From Escherichia phage pinkbiff, in sequence record MN850603.1: a stretch of DNA of 64,000 nucleotides, one strand, 5' to 3'. Of this stretch, positions 18,438 through 28,807 are shown piece by piece. The notes under the pieces are model-generated. The model was not told the DNA's origin and ran no database searches. It saw only the letters and a program-made list of their open reading frames with translations. Each line of letters begins with the position of its first letter. Position 1 is the stretch's first letter. A program made the translations under genes and the position numbers.

Positions 18438-19037
18438 TTATTTTACCCCTTTGGAGTCTACATCTAGATGGATAGTATATTCTGGTGGCTCTTGTCCTTC
18501 TTCATAAACCAACTCACCATCAACAATGACACGCTCAATAATACTTCCACGTTCATCCTTCAGGACTGAGTTTTTTACAAGAGTTACAACAAGAGGCGCA
18601 GAATTTTCGAAATCTGTATTGAGATAAGTATAGTCATTCGGGATAGCTCCAGTGTCTAGTACTGTAGCCCCTGTTTCTTCAAGGATTAAATCTCTGACTG
18701 AACTCATCTCTAATCGTTGTTTAAGCTCAAGCATAATACTGTGAGCACCTTTACCATTTACCGTAATCAATACAGGAATCTGAAAAGCAATTCTGTAGCA
18801 AACTACATCATCCTCAACAAACTTATCAAGAACCCAACCATAAGGTGTTGCAGCATCTTGACAATATACGGTAATAAATGGCTGGTCAGGTTTTAAACCT
18901 TTGTCATTTGAGTTATCAGAAGGGTAAGCTCTAATTACGTTTGGTCTATTATTTTTATCACGAGCTAGTCTGTGGCCAATAACATCCACTAAGGTTCTAA
19001 CTAGACCTTTTTCAAGTTCTGCTGTTTCTAACTGCAT
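18438..19037 (-). CDS. tail completion/neck protein (hypothetical)
   Basis: 199 aa; between head and tail genes. Confidence 0.4.
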   Translation of the reverse strand: MQLETAELEKGLVRTLVDVIGHRLARDKNNRPNVIRAYPSDNSNDKGLKPDQPFITVYCQDAATPYGWVLDKFVEDDVVCYRIAFQIPVLITVNGKGAHSIMLELKQRLEMSSVRDLILEETGATVLDTGAIPNDYTYLNTDFENSAPLVVTLVKNSVLKDERGSIIERVIVDGELVYEEGQEPPEYTIHLDVDSKGVK

Positions 19038-19413
19038 TCATTTTATCCCTTCTAATAATGATATATTCATAATGGGACGTATGGGCTAATTGCTGTGACC
19101 AATCCATAGTCATAAATACTTCATACTCATGACCATCAATCATAATAATATCAGACTCATTCCACTCTACATCATCTGAAGTTCTAAGTTTATATGCGGT
19201 ATACAGGATTCTTGTATCGGTAAGCCTGATACCTTCCGGTAAAGCAATCTGTGTACCATTCTTTACAGAACCTTTGATATATGGCTGGATATTACCTTTG
19301 CAGTTAACCTCTACAATATCTTGTGAAGCTACCCAATCACCATCATCATTATAATAACCGTCTTCAGAGACTTTACGCTTTACTACAAAGCTGTGTCTGT
19401 TTAAGAGTCTCAT
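19012..19413 (-). CDS. hypothetical head-tail joining protein
   Basis: 133 aa; ORF track. Confidence 0.4.
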   Translation of the reverse strand: MRLLNRHSFVVKRKVSEDGYYNDDGDWVASQDIVEVNCKGNIQPYIKGSVKNGTQIALPEGIRLTDTRILYTAYKLRTSDDVEWNESDIIMIDGHEYEVFMTMDWSQQLAHTSHYEYIIIRRDKMNAVRNSRT

Positions 19414-19892
19414 TTCTTAATACCCTTCTTAGTAGAAATTTTATAAGCAAGGTTATCTCTTAAGTCACCTGTCTCAACAAGAGGTGCGTTAAAGCCTTTT
19501 TTCTTGACTGTGGAAGGTGCGTTAGGAGGGAGGATAGCAGAATTACCAAAACCTCTTTTAATTGCCTTTTGAGCATTCTTTGCAAATGCTTCTAAGGTAT
19601 TTGAAGGGTCTGTGTTGAGACTGCTAAGTTGCTTATATAGATTCTTCTTAGTCTGCTCTAACAAGGTCTGTTTGTTTAGCATCATAGTGATTTCAAACAA
19701 CCTACGATATACTTTACCAGAAGCTGAAGGAACACCAATAACTTCTTGTAAATACATTAAAGCAGGATAAGAAAAACCAGAGCTATGTTGACCTTGTTCT
19801 TGAAAATACCCAACTTGAGCATTAGCCGTTTGCAAGTTCTTCATAGCCCCGACTAATTTTGCTCTAGCGGGGTGAATAACCCTTTTAACCAT
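19410..19892 (-). CDS. hypothetical head-tail connector protein
   Basis: 160 aa; ORF track; ATGA overlap with downstream gene. Confidence 0.4.
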   Translation of the reverse strand: MVKRVIHPARAKLVGAMKNLQTANAQVGYFQEQGQHSSGFSYPALMYLQEVIGVPSASGKVYRRLFEITMMLNKQTLLEQTKKNLYKQLSSLNTDPSNTLEAFAKNAQKAIKRGFGNSAILPPNAPSTVKKKGFNAPLVETGDLRDNLAYKISTKKGIKK

Positions 19893-19964
19893 TATTCATC
19901 TCGCTCGATAATAAATACGCCATTAACACGGTTGCAGTAATCTCTGCCTTCGTATCTGGCAGCA

Positions 19965-20339
19965 TCACCATACTGTGTATTTCTTGACAGAGCAAGGATT
20001 CTGACGACGCATGTCAATATCACACTGATTAATACCACCTGCATAGGGTAGTCCTGAAACAGAGCTTTTAACAAGGTCGTCATAAACAGCTTTCAGAGAC
20101 TTGAATCTGGAAGAGTTACGTAAGTAAACACCACCAACCTTCTCATCTCCCATCTTGGCTACTTGAAAGAGTAAATATTTAAGAGCTTTGATGGCTGCTT
20201 TCTTTTCATCCTTTCCAGATTCTAGATAGAACCACTCTAGCACAGACTGCTCAATAAGAATTTCATCATTATTAGTGTCTGTGCAGAGGATTCTTACTCT
20301 ATCAAGAGGGTTATTGGCTGGGTCGCCTGTATAACACAT
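19965..20339 (-). CDS. hypothetical head completion protein
   Basis: 124 aa; directly downstream of capsid gene. Confidence 0.4.
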   Translation of the reverse strand: MCYTGDPANNPLDRVRILCTDTNNDEILIEQSVLEWFYLESGKDEKKAAIKALKYLLFQVAKMGDEKVGGVYLRNSSRFKSLKAVYDDLVKSSVSGLPYAGGINQCDIDMRRQNPCSVKKYTVW

Positions 20340-20361
20340 TCATAACCCTCCTTACCTATCA

Positions 20362-21468
20362 TTACTCAGAGTCTGAGCGAACGTCAACCAGCAGTTGAGG
20401 ACGTGTGCAGTATGGCAGCATGTAAGAGTGAGCTTCGAAGTCAATACCTTCATCACGGTCTTTTTCGTATTCAAATACGTACAACTCCTGACCCAGAGTA
20501 TTTGCGTAGCCCATCTTCGGACATGGAGCGTAAGCTACTTCAAAGATGTTGTTTGCTTCACCAAGCATAGAAACGTTAGGGAAAGCGTGCCCTACACCTA
20601 CAGTTCCATCCTGAGTAACACCATCGATGCTAACCAGAGTATGGGTCTTTCCGCGCTTGTCTTTGAACTTACCGTTGTACTGGACAAACTTAACACCACC
20701 GTAGTAGAACGTGTTCATATGAGCCTGAACACCATCAGAACCACCAGTTCTCAGAGAGCCAGTAATCTGTTGCCATGCCAGCGGAGTCTGCTGTGCAAGG
20801 TATGCGTCACGAATCTTCGGATGCTTGGTAAGTTTACTGAAGAAAGTTCTGTCAACAACTACGTGAATCTCTTCACCGTTGATTACAGTACCAGTCTTAG
20901 CTTCGTCTTCCATGTGCATACGTAGGTCTTCGATGTGAGCATCAATATCAGAGTTCGGATTGTCAAGGTCGAAGTAGATAGTCTTCTTAGTTACATCGAA
21001 CTGTTTGTACAGGTCTGCGTACAGAACACCATTAGCGTCGATAACTTTACCCTTCAGAGCTTGCATGAACAAGAACTCACGAGTAATATCGAACTTGGTG
21101 CGAATCTTCATCAGCTTCTTAGCACGAACGATAGCTTCAGTGGTTAGTTCATTTGCAGTACCTGGCTGACGTACACCCTGAATCTCATCAGGAGTAATGC
21201 TTTCAACTTCCTTGAAGTACATCATTGGGAAGCTGATTTGACGAACACGCTCAGGAGCACTTGTTTCAGCTTTACGGCTAGTGCGGTCTACAGCATCAAG
21301 CAAGCTGATATCCCAATCTGTCAAGTCCATCAGGAAGGTTGTCTGAGTTTGTGGTGCTGAACGGAACAGACCTAAGTTGGAAATATACCCATAAGTGTTT
21401 GGGATAGACTGGACTTCACGAGTCAGGTCAGAAAGTAAAAATCTGCTTTTTTCAGAATTAGTCAACAT
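20362..21468 (-). CDS. major capsid protein
   Basis: 368 aa; downstream of protease/scaffold and small head protein; typical size. Confidence 0.6.
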   Translation of the reverse strand: MLTNSEKSRFLLSDLTREVQSIPNTYGYISNLGLFRSAPQTQTTFLMDLTDWDISLLDAVDRTSRKAETSAPERVRQISFPMMYFKEVESITPDEIQGVRQPGTANELTTEAIVRAKKLMKIRTKFDITREFLFMQALKGKVIDANGVLYADLYKQFDVTKKTIYFDLDNPNSDIDAHIEDLRMHMEDEAKTGTVINGEEIHVVVDRTFFSKLTKHPKIRDAYLAQQTPLAWQQITGSLRTGGSDGVQAHMNTFYYGGVKFVQYNGKFKDKRGKTHTLVSIDGVTQDGTVGVGHAFPNVSMLGEANNIFEVAYAPCPKMGYANTLGQELYVFEYEKDRDEGIDFEAHSYMLPYCTRPQLLVDVRSDSE

Positions 21469-21501
21469 TGTAAAATTCTCCAGAATGTCTTATTATTGTT
21501 A

Positions 21502-21879
21502 TTACAGGCCAGTTGGTACGAAATCAATACCTTTAGCAGCCAGAGCTTTCTTGACTTCAGCAGCATTAACTCTTTCTTCAAGAGTAAGCATGTCTTTCAG
21601 TTCTGCGTCGCGGTAAATACCAACAACTTTCAACTGGCCGTGGTAAGACAGTTGCAGGTCTGCATAAAAGTTAACGATACATACAGAATCAGCCTGAGCT
21701 TCTTCTCCTGCTGCAACTTTAGAACCATCTGCTTTCAGTACTTCACCTACACGGTATTCTGTAGAAGCTTTTGGAGTATACTCTTTACGAGAGTGGCCTG
21801 TTGGGGTAACCTGTTCCCAAAGAATGATATCATTCAGAGGTTCTCTTTTACCTAACTTAGTAAAACCTTGATATGCCAT
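21502..21879 (-). CDS. head decoration/auxiliary protein (hypothetical)
   Basis: 125 aa between protease/scaffold and capsid genes. Confidence 0.4.
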   Translation of the reverse strand: MAYQGFTKLGKREPLNDIILWEQVTPTGHSRKEYTPKASTEYRVGEVLKADGSKVAAGEEAQADSVCIVNFYADLQLSYHGQLKVVGIYRDAELKDMLTLEERVNAAEVKKALAAKGIDFVPTGL

Positions 21880-21890
21880 TATTGTGTTCC

Positions 21891-23237
21891 TTATTTGATA
21901 AGAGATTTTAGAGCATTCTGGAGAGCCAGTTTGCGTTGTTCAGCGGTGTCTTCGGAAGCATTCTTAGCTGGTTCTTTTTCTTCTTCAACTAAATCAGCTT
22001 CGCCGTCATTACCCACTTCTTCCATAGCGTTGGAATGTTCAAGAACAGCACCAGCAGTTTCTTTCAGCTTGGTAATTTCTGATTCTTTTTCTTCCATTGC
22101 AGAAGCATGGGACGCGACAGTTTCATTAAGTTTCTGGTTAGCACCTTCCATAGCATTCATAAACAGAACACTTAGAGGGTTATCAAGACCAGCACCTAAA
22201 ATAGTCGTTGCAGCTTCTTTTGCATCAAACCCAAAAGCTTCAGCAGAAGCAGAAATCTTATTAGTCAAATCTGACAAAGCAGCTTCCTGTTCTTTAGCTT
22301 TCATTTGAGCAACCTGAAGACGCAAAGCTTCTAGTTCTTGCTTTTCTTGTTCAGTCATTTCTTCACCTGAATTGTTAACGTTTAAACTTACAGGAGCCTC
22401 TTCAGAACCTTGTAAGTAATTTAAGAAATCATCTTGAGACATGATTGAGTTAATTAAACCAAGTTCAAGAGCTTCCTGAGCAGAATAAACATTCGCCTCA
22501 GTATTCTTTACAGCTTCTTCAGAGAGATTACGAGATTCAGCTACAAAACCTGTAAAGGTTGCGTAGGTATCATTAATTCTCTTTTGAAGTCTTTCTTTGC
22601 TTTCTTCTGAAAGTGCTTGGAATGGTGAACCCATACCTTTAAACTCACCAGCCTTGATGACGTTAATTGTTACGCCATTCTTTTCAAATGCTTTAGTTAA
22701 TTCCTGATGAACCATAATTACACCAATAGAACCAACATCTGCATCTGGTGATGCAATAATTTCTTCAGCAGAAGATGCAAGAGCGTATGCAGCGGAACAA
22801 GCGAACTCATCTACATAAGCAATAATTTTCTTTTGGCCTCTTGAAGCCATGATGTGACGTGCTAATTCAAAGCAACCTGAAGCTTCACCGCCACCAGAAT
22901 CAATGTGCAGAACAATAGTCTTGATTGACTCATCTGCTAAAGCTTCGTCAAAGCCTCTACGCAAACCTTCATAAGAGCTTAATCCACCTGTACACATTGC
23001 ATCAATGAATGTCATACGATGGGTTAAACCACCCATAATAGGGATAATAGCAATGTCATCTTTTACTTTTAAAAGACTTCTTGCTTCACCTTTGGGTTTA
23101 TCAAAGTTTACTGCTGCTTGGACATCACCCAGTAATCTGTTATTTACATAAGTTGCTGCTGAGTGAGCTAATGATTCAGTGGCTAGTAAAGGTTGGTTGA
23201 ATAATCTATCAGCAAGTCTGAAGATATTCGAACTCAT
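21891..23237 (-). CDS. prohead protease (S49/ClpP-like) fused to scaffold-like C-terminal domain
   Basis: 448 aa; N-terminal region with serine-peptidase S49-like motifs (IVLHIDSGGGEASG, YVDEFACSAAYALAS); C-terminal half is E/A/K-rich helical. Confidence 0.7.
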   Translation of the reverse strand: MSSNIFRLADRLFNQPLLATESLAHSAATYVNNRLLGDVQAAVNFDKPKGEARSLLKVKDDIAIIPIMGGLTHRMTFIDAMCTGGLSSYEGLRRGFDEALADESIKTIVLHIDSGGGEASGCFELARHIMASRGQKKIIAYVDEFACSAAYALASSAEEIIASPDADVGSIGVIMVHQELTKAFEKNGVTINVIKAGEFKGMGSPFQALSEESKERLQKRINDTYATFTGFVAESRNLSEEAVKNTEANVYSAQEALELGLINSIMSQDDFLNYLQGSEEAPVSLNVNNSGEEMTEQEKQELEALRLQVAQMKAKEQEAALSDLTNKISASAEAFGFDAKEAATTILGAGLDNPLSVLFMNAMEGANQKLNETVASHASAMEEKESEITKLKETAGAVLEHSNAMEEVGNDGEADLVEEEKEPAKNASEDTAEQRKLALQNALKSLIK

Positions 23238-23248
23238 TTTTACTCACC

Positions 23249-23581
23249 CTATTTGTTTAAATCTACAGAGACTGAAGAGATAACATAGATACCTTCTTCA
23301 GCAAAGAATTGAGGTTTGCTAAGAGCACCAGTTGCCACGCATTTATCGTTAGCATCCCACAAGCTATAGTGTGAGACCGTTGCAGAAGCTGGGACAGTAA
23401 TGTTAACTGTGTCTTCTGAGGCAATTAAGCCATTATCCGGTTCAGAAAAATAAATAGCCACTGGCTGAGTAACCTTATTTGCTGTAGGGTCTGCCGTTGG
23501 GTCTACATTGTGTAAAATAATAGTCGTTGGGGTTAGCGTGGCGAGGATTTTATTCTTACCATCAATAGTTAATGTTCCCAT
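23249..23581 (-). CDS. hypothetical protein
   Basis: 110 aa; ORF track. Confidence 0.4.
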   Translation of the reverse strand: MGTLTIDGKNKILATLTPTTIILHNVDPTADPTANKVTQPVAIYFSEPDNGLIASEDTVNITVPASATVSHYSLWDANDKCVATGALSKPQFFAEEGIYVISSVSVDLNK

Positions 23582-24081
23582 TAATTAAACCTTACTTTTT
23601 GTTTAAGGACTGTTGAATGGTTACCAGATTCATCTACCACATTTACAATCATATCATATACTTTGCCTTTGACAAGTACTTTGTAATCATTTTGTGAAAA
23701 AATGTATTCAAGTCTGTTTGTTTCTTTATTAACTGTCATTGGAGATTGAAATGCAGTGTCAAGGGTAATGAAAGCGGCTTCAATGCTATTAACATTGATA
23801 CGTTTATTCTCGCAGTTATATAACTTTACACCCAAAAGGCATGAGCTGTCAAATGGAATTTTAACAATTTCACTACAATTTCCTGAAATAAACGGTTTTC
23901 CACTCATTGGAGCATCAAGTAACCTGCAAATAGTGAAAACGTCAGAGGCTCCACCATCACTTACATAACCTGAAAGGCTGACCCTTGAGCCAGCCTCTAC
24001 AGATAATTTGTCAGTGATAATAAGAACACCTCTATACGAATGCACTCGTGTAGCATTTGAAATAGAGATAACTTCAGCCAT
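23581..24081 (-). CDS. hypothetical head protein
   Basis: 166 aa; ORF track. Confidence 0.4.
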   Translation of the reverse strand: MAEVISISNATRVHSYRGVLIITDKLSVEAGSRVSLSGYVSDGGASDVFTICRLLDAPMSGKPFISGNCSEIVKIPFDSSCLLGVKLYNCENKRINVNSIEAAFITLDTAFQSPMTVNKETNRLEYIFSQNDYKVLVKGKVYDMIVNVVDESGNHSTVLKQKVRFN

Positions 24082-25556
24082 TATTTATTTGCCTTATTTG
24101 CTGTGCTTGGGTCTTTCGCTGAAGGTGTCTTTGCAGTACCTTCTCCAGCGGTCTTATAACCATCTCCTGAGCGGCTTTGGCTATTTGGAGAAAGCTTTTC
24201 AGATACTGGTTGAGACTCATCAGCAGGAGGAAGACCAATATGCTCTCTAAGCTTGTTAGATAGCTCTTTGTCAACTTCCAAAGCACCTACTGCAACAGTC
24301 TTTTGAATATAAGAACCAATTGCTTCAAGGTCTGGAGTTTCGATATCATCATATGTGATTTGCACATGTTCTTCATCGTCCCACATATTAAGAGCATAAG
24401 TCTGTGCAACTAAATCACGGTTAATTACGTTCTTAATTTGCTTCAGCAGGATATCTACTGACATTGCTAGTAAGCTCGTCTTAGAATCTGCAAGAGAGAA
24501 TGAACCGTATTTTGACTGACCCATAGCAAGAACATCTGACATAAATGCCATCATAATCTGCTTGGAATATCTGTCAATAATAGAACCTGTGTCATATGCT
24601 TTAGCACCCTGTCTAGAAACTAATGAGAACTCGAAAATATCCTCTTTAGTATCTGGGTCAATATATCTAGGCCAGATTAAACCTGCTCTGTCATTAGCAA
24701 TCATATCATTAACAACAGTTTTGCAGTATTGTACGAAAGCTTTCTTTTCAGGTTCTGCATTTTCATCCAGATAGTCCGGTGGTAAACCAATTTTTGGCAT
24801 ACCTACCAAGTCTCTTGAAACGCCAACTGCTTCATACTCTTCAATCTGTACTTTATATTTCCACGGTACATAAGCATTAAGTAATGGTGAACGACCTTCT
24901 GGGTTTCCATATTCATCATCATACTTAAACAGCATGAATTTAGCTCGTGGAAGTTTTCTTGTTAATGGTCTCTCTCCAAGATTAATTGCTCCAGCAATAT
25001 GTGAAACATTTCTCAGATTTTGTCTGACACCAGTAACTTTTCTAAAGTCTTCATCAAAATACCACTTATCCAGTGTTGATTGGTTTCTGATTGGTAATTT
25101 AGCCCATCCAATTAGACCATCATCAAATTTTGACTGGTACTTTCCTTTTTTACCCTGTCGCTTCTTATAAACTTTCTCGTTAACACAGAACCCATAAGTG
25201 CAGAATGACATTACAGAATTAATAAAATCTGCCCAATCATGCTCCATGTCATCCATTAAAGAATTAAAGAAGTCTGCTCTTTCAAGCATTTTAGGGTCTT
25301 GCTCTTTTCCCTTTGGAGGTACGAATCTCCAGTTGACTTTTCTGACAAACATCTTAATAATATTTACAGATGCTGCTACAGCAGGGTCACGCATCATTAA
25401 TTGGAAAGTTTTAATACTTTCAGGGAACCTTAGTGCCTGACGAGGTTCTTCATAGATTCTTCCATTCTTAACCTTCAGACCCAAAGAACCTACTTCACCC
25501 ATTCTAAATGGTGGTAAGCTTTCTTGTGTTTCTGTAATATCTGCCATTCTTCTCAC
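24081..25556 (-). CDS. portal protein
   Basis: 491 aa immediately downstream of large terminase. Confidence 0.65.
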   Translation of the reverse strand: MRRMADITETQESLPPFRMGEVGSLGLKVKNGRIYEEPRQALRFPESIKTFQLMMRDPAVAASVNIIKMFVRKVNWRFVPPKGKEQDPKMLERADFFNSLMDDMEHDWADFINSVMSFCTYGFCVNEKVYKKRQGKKGKYQSKFDDGLIGWAKLPIRNQSTLDKWYFDEDFRKVTGVRQNLRNVSHIAGAINLGERPLTRKLPRAKFMLFKYDDEYGNPEGRSPLLNAYVPWKYKVQIEEYEAVGVSRDLVGMPKIGLPPDYLDENAEPEKKAFVQYCKTVVNDMIANDRAGLIWPRYIDPDTKEDIFEFSLVSRQGAKAYDTGSIIDRYSKQIMMAFMSDVLAMGQSKYGSFSLADSKTSLLAMSVDILLKQIKNVINRDLVAQTYALNMWDDEEHVQITYDDIETPDLEAIGSYIQKTVAVGALEVDKELSNKLREHIGLPPADESQPVSEKLSPNSQSRSGDGYKTAGEGTAKTPSAKDPSTANKANK

Positions 25557-25563
25557 CTAGCTA

Positions 25564-27180
25564 TCAACGTCTAAGCCCCTCATATGGATTTCCTCTCACT
25601 AAGTCTGTGTGAGCACCCATTGATGGTGGCTTGAATAATTTAACTTCGTTAAGACTGTTGAAAGCATCACTGGTAGCATCCACTTGGTCATCTTTAGTTT
25701 TGCCATCACCACAAAAGCCTTCAAGCTCTTGAAAGTAAGCTTCATTCCAACTACCTCTCAAGACTTTTACAAGTCCAGCTTCAGAAGCAGCAGAAAATCC
25801 CGCAAAGCGGGTAACTTTATCTTTATTTGTTGGTTTAGCTCTTGCACGATAGCCTTTCTCGGAAAGTTTCCTGATGAGTGATGTTGCGTAGGATTTACCA
25901 GCAGCGCCTGGGTCTTGAGGGATAAAAATACCAGTTCGCTTACCGTCACTTTCAGCAGTCAAATTAATTTGTGTTTCGACTCCAGAGGGTCTATCTCTAA
26001 ATCTTACTACATCAATGATATAATAGCAACCGTCTTTTTTAGATTTACCCATCTTAACACCTGCTGTCCAGTCTGGATTAGGGTTAACCTCAGATGGTAA
26101 AGTTGCTGCTAAGTCCCATGCTCTAACATCAAATACATCTTCTGGGAGTGAATCAACAATCTCACACCATTGTCTTTGCCAATAGTTTGAACCTTCTGCA
26201 CGAGCCTTCCAGTTACCGAAACGAAGTCTTGCAACGTTTACAGGTGTGTTGTTTTCAAGCTTACCGCGATACTTTGGCTCTAAGAAGTCAAGAATTGGGT
26301 TATCATCAATCGTACCAGAGATGAAGGTGTATGTTTGAGGAATCTCAAGAGGGAACATTTCAAGAATCTTGTCTCTCTCCCAATCAGAAACCATCACACC
26401 ATCATTCATTACATACCAACGAATACGACCACACTTTTCAGGGTCTGGGTAACCTTCTTCATCTAAGAATGGTTCTACCCAATCGTAAATAAAGTGGTCT
26501 CTATCTGGGTTCATGGAAATCTTCATGTATGAATCACCTTCAGCACCAGAACGTAGACGAGTTTGTAGGTATGAAATCTGTGAAGCAGAGAAGTGTGTAC
26601 CTTCGTCAAAGTAAATAGCTGAGTATTCAATACCCTGATGACCTTCAGCGTGCTTTTCAAGTTCTAGGTAGGTAAACTTGATAGTTGCCCCAGAAGGGAA
26701 TGTGATAGTCATTTTCTGCTCGTGAGGAATCCCACCAAACTTACCAAATAGTTTCTTTGCAGCAGGCCATAAACCACCTTGTAACTGTGTTGTATTTCGA
26801 CGGAAATATACAGCATTATAGTTAGGGTCTTCAATAAATCTTAAAGAGTCCATTAACAATGCGGCAGTTTTACCAGCACCAGCAGCACCACCATAGAGAA
26901 CCAAGTCAGCATTAGTATTTAAAAAGACCTCTTGAGAACCCGGCTGAGGGGCTACATAGTTCTTATCAGTCATCAATTTGAAGATAAGTCTAACTTGGTC
27001 TGGTGTGTATCTTAATAAAGTCAGAATTTGAGTTGGAAGGAATTTAGAGGGGTCTTTACCGAATGATTTGATAATTTCTTTTACTTCATCAGAAAGCCCC
27101 AACTCTCCAGCTAGGACTTTCCTAACATCTTCCACTCGCTTCTGCTTAACAGCATTTAAGTCCATTAAGCACCTCCGCAA
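25564..27180 (-). CDS. terminase large subunit
   Basis: 538 aa; Walker A-like LYGGAAGAGKTAAL near N-terminus, acidic nuclease-type C-terminal region. Confidence 0.85.
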   Translation of the reverse strand: MRRCLMDLNAVKQKRVEDVRKVLAGELGLSDEVKEIIKSFGKDPSKFLPTQILTLLRYTPDQVRLIFKLMTDKNYVAPQPGSQEVFLNTNADLVLYGGAAGAGKTAALLMDSLRFIEDPNYNAVYFRRNTTQLQGGLWPAAKKLFGKFGGIPHEQKMTITFPSGATIKFTYLELEKHAEGHQGIEYSAIYFDEGTHFSASQISYLQTRLRSGAEGDSYMKISMNPDRDHFIYDWVEPFLDEEGYPDPEKCGRIRWYVMNDGVMVSDWERDKILEMFPLEIPQTYTFISGTIDDNPILDFLEPKYRGKLENNTPVNVARLRFGNWKARAEGSNYWQRQWCEIVDSLPEDVFDVRAWDLAATLPSEVNPNPDWTAGVKMGKSKKDGCYYIIDVVRFRDRPSGVETQINLTAESDGKRTGIFIPQDPGAAGKSYATSLIRKLSEKGYRARAKPTNKDKVTRFAGFSAASEAGLVKVLRGSWNEAYFQELEGFCGDGKTKDDQVDATSDAFNSLNEVKLFKPPSMGAHTDLVRGNPYEGLRR

Positions 27181-27186
27181 ATAGAA

Positions 27187-27462
27187 TTATTCAGAGTCTG
27201 TAGCAGTCTCTTCTTTCTTAACTTCGAACTTTGCATCAACAGCATCAAGAAGTGCATCCATAGATGCTTCTTTAATATCAATACCTGTTGCTACAGACAG
27301 TCTATCTGCAATTGCCATGATAGTATTCTGCATAAACTCTAACTTCTTGTTAGCTTCATAAAGTTCTTTATAAACGTTCTCGCTCATTATGTTTTCTCCA
27401 AATAATAAATCTCGTTTCCCCTTAAAAAAGACGGCACGGAGACCGTCAAGGAGAAACCACAA
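27187..27462 (-). CDS. hypothetical small protein
   Basis: 91 aa upstream of terminase. Confidence 0.4.
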   Translation of the reverse strand: MWFLLDGLRAVFFKGKRDLLFGENIMSENVYKELYEANKKLEFMQNTIMAIADRLSVATGIDIKEASMDALLDAVDAKFEVKKEETATDSE

Positions 27463-27612
27463 TGTACGTCAGAGACATACTGTATAAGTCTTCCTATAAA
27501 GTATAACTCTGTAAAAAAGCCCTGTCTAAAAATACTCTTCGGTAGCGAAAGGAAGAATACTTATAGCAGGGCATTATTATTATTTTAATTGAGAGAGAGT
27601 AAAATAACTTGG

Positions 27613-27685
27613 AGAATCCGAAGGGACTTGAACCCTTATAAACCTGTTTTGCAGACAGGCACATAGCCATTTCTGTCACGGATTC
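27613..27685 (-). tRNA. tRNA-Cys (GCA)
   Basis: hand-fold: acceptor gaatccg/cggattc, T-arm aaggg-acttgaa-ccctt, anticodon stem cctgt/acagg with loop reading GCA, discriminator U73. Confidence 0.7.
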
Positions 27686-27692
27686 AAATTGG

Positions 27693-27782
27693 AGGAAGAT
27701 ACCAGACTTGAACTGGTACACCGATTTCTCAGCTACTGGCAGTTTAGCAAACTGCTCCCTTACCTTTTAGGGTTAATCTTCC
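27693..27782 (-). tRNA. tRNA-Ser (GCU), long variable arm
   Basis: acceptor ggaagat/atcttcc, T-arm accag-acttgaa-ctggt, anticodon stem gcagt/actgc, about 90 nt. Confidence 0.65.
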
Positions 27783-27783
27783 A

Positions 27784-28509
27784 TTATTTCTGCAATGCGT
27801 TCTTCATTTCTGGTGTTGCAATAGAATCGATTACACCAGTTTTACAAGCATCATCAAACCAGTCTGGTAAGATACCTGCTAAGAACCCATTGATATTCGT
27901 TTTAAGGTACTCTGCAATAAGGGCAGCTTCTTCTTCAATCATCTGCACAACTTCATCTGCATAAGCTGTAATCTTTGAAATACCTTCATTAATCTTACTA
28001 ACAGCTTGGTTAGCTAAATCAGAAATAGTATCAAGACCTTTATCAATAGCATCCTGTAAGTCACTTAACACATCATTAACACCATCTAGTGTACTGTTAA
28101 TCGTATCCATAGCTTTTTGACCATACTCTGTAGCAACACCCATAATACCACTAAACGGTGTACAGCCAACTTGCTCTCCTGCTGCACCCATAACATTGGA
28201 ATAACCTTTTGCTACCTGCATACGTGATGAGAACTCATCAATGGACTTTTGACCGTAATCTGTCAGCGTCTTAGTAGTTGATGTAGTGCTTGTCAGACTC
28301 GTTGTAAAGCCATTAAGCAGAACTGTTGTAAGTCCAGCAGCAACAAGCTTATCCTTTACTGTAGGGTCTGATACAGAGCTAATAGAGTTTACAAGTGATG
28401 TAGAGGCAGCTACGGTTCCACCGAGAACTGCTGCACCAGTAATAAGGGGATTAGAAAACCCTCTACCGGTTTTTAAGAGATTGAAAATCTCCTTACCTTG
28501 TTCTGTCAT
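27784..28509 (-). CDS. hypothetical protein embedded in tRNA island
   Basis: ORF fits exactly between tRNA-Ser (ends 27782) and tRNA-Phe (starts 28538); ORF track extends to 28581 through the tRNA, so the internal ATG at 28509 (MTEQGKE) is preferred; S/T/G-rich. Confidence 0.35.
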   Translation of the reverse strand: MTEQGKEIFNLLKTGRGFSNPLITGAAVLGGTVAASTSLVNSISSVSDPTVKDKLVAAGLTTVLLNGFTTSLTSTTSTTKTLTDYGQKSIDEFSSRMQVAKGYSNVMGAAGEQVGCTPFSGIMGVATEYGQKAMDTINSTLDGVNDVLSDLQDAIDKGLDTISDLANQAVSKINEGISKITAYADEVVQMIEEEAALIAEYLKTNINGFLAGILPDWFDDACKTGVIDSIATPEMKNALQK

Positions 28510-28537
28510 CTCTTTCATTAAGCACCTTTGAAATTGG

Positions 28538-28611
28538 TAGTCCAGTGGGATTTGAACCCTATTCTCATGTTTTTCAGACACGCGCTTTAACCATATAAGC
28601 TACTTGGACTA
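28538..28611 (-). tRNA. tRNA-Phe (GAA), fold imperfect
   Basis: anticodon stem with loop CUGAAAA, D-arm GCUU/AAGC, T-loop motif present but T-stem and acceptor pairing ambiguous by hand. Confidence 0.45.
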
Positions 28612-28620
28612 TAAATTGGG

Positions 28621-28692
28621 GTGACCTACGGGATTTGAACCCGTATAGACCATGTTCACAGCATGGGTCATTACCATTTATGATAAGGCCAC
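28621..28692 (-). tRNA. tRNA-His (GUG)
   Basis: acceptor gtgacct/aggccac (one G-U), T-arm acggg-atttgaa-cccgt, anticodon stem ccatg/catgg, C73. Confidence 0.7.
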
Positions 28693-28726
28693 ATTTAAGG
28701 CCTCTCGTAAGAACCCTTAGAAGTGG

Positions 28727-28799
28727 CAGCGGCATAAGGATTTGAACCTTAATAGGACAGCTTCAGAGACTGCTGCATTGCCAGTTATGCTATACCGCT
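28727..28799 (-). tRNA. tRNA-Gln (CUG)
   Basis: encoded CCA, T-arm taagg-atttgaa-cctta, anticodon loop CUCUGAA, G73. Confidence 0.65.
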
Positions 28800-28807
28800 A
28801 AATTTGG

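Noticed and set aside
19892-20083. ORF 19892..20083 (-), 63 aa
   Set aside because: Overlaps more than half of 19965..20339 in another frame; no independent support.
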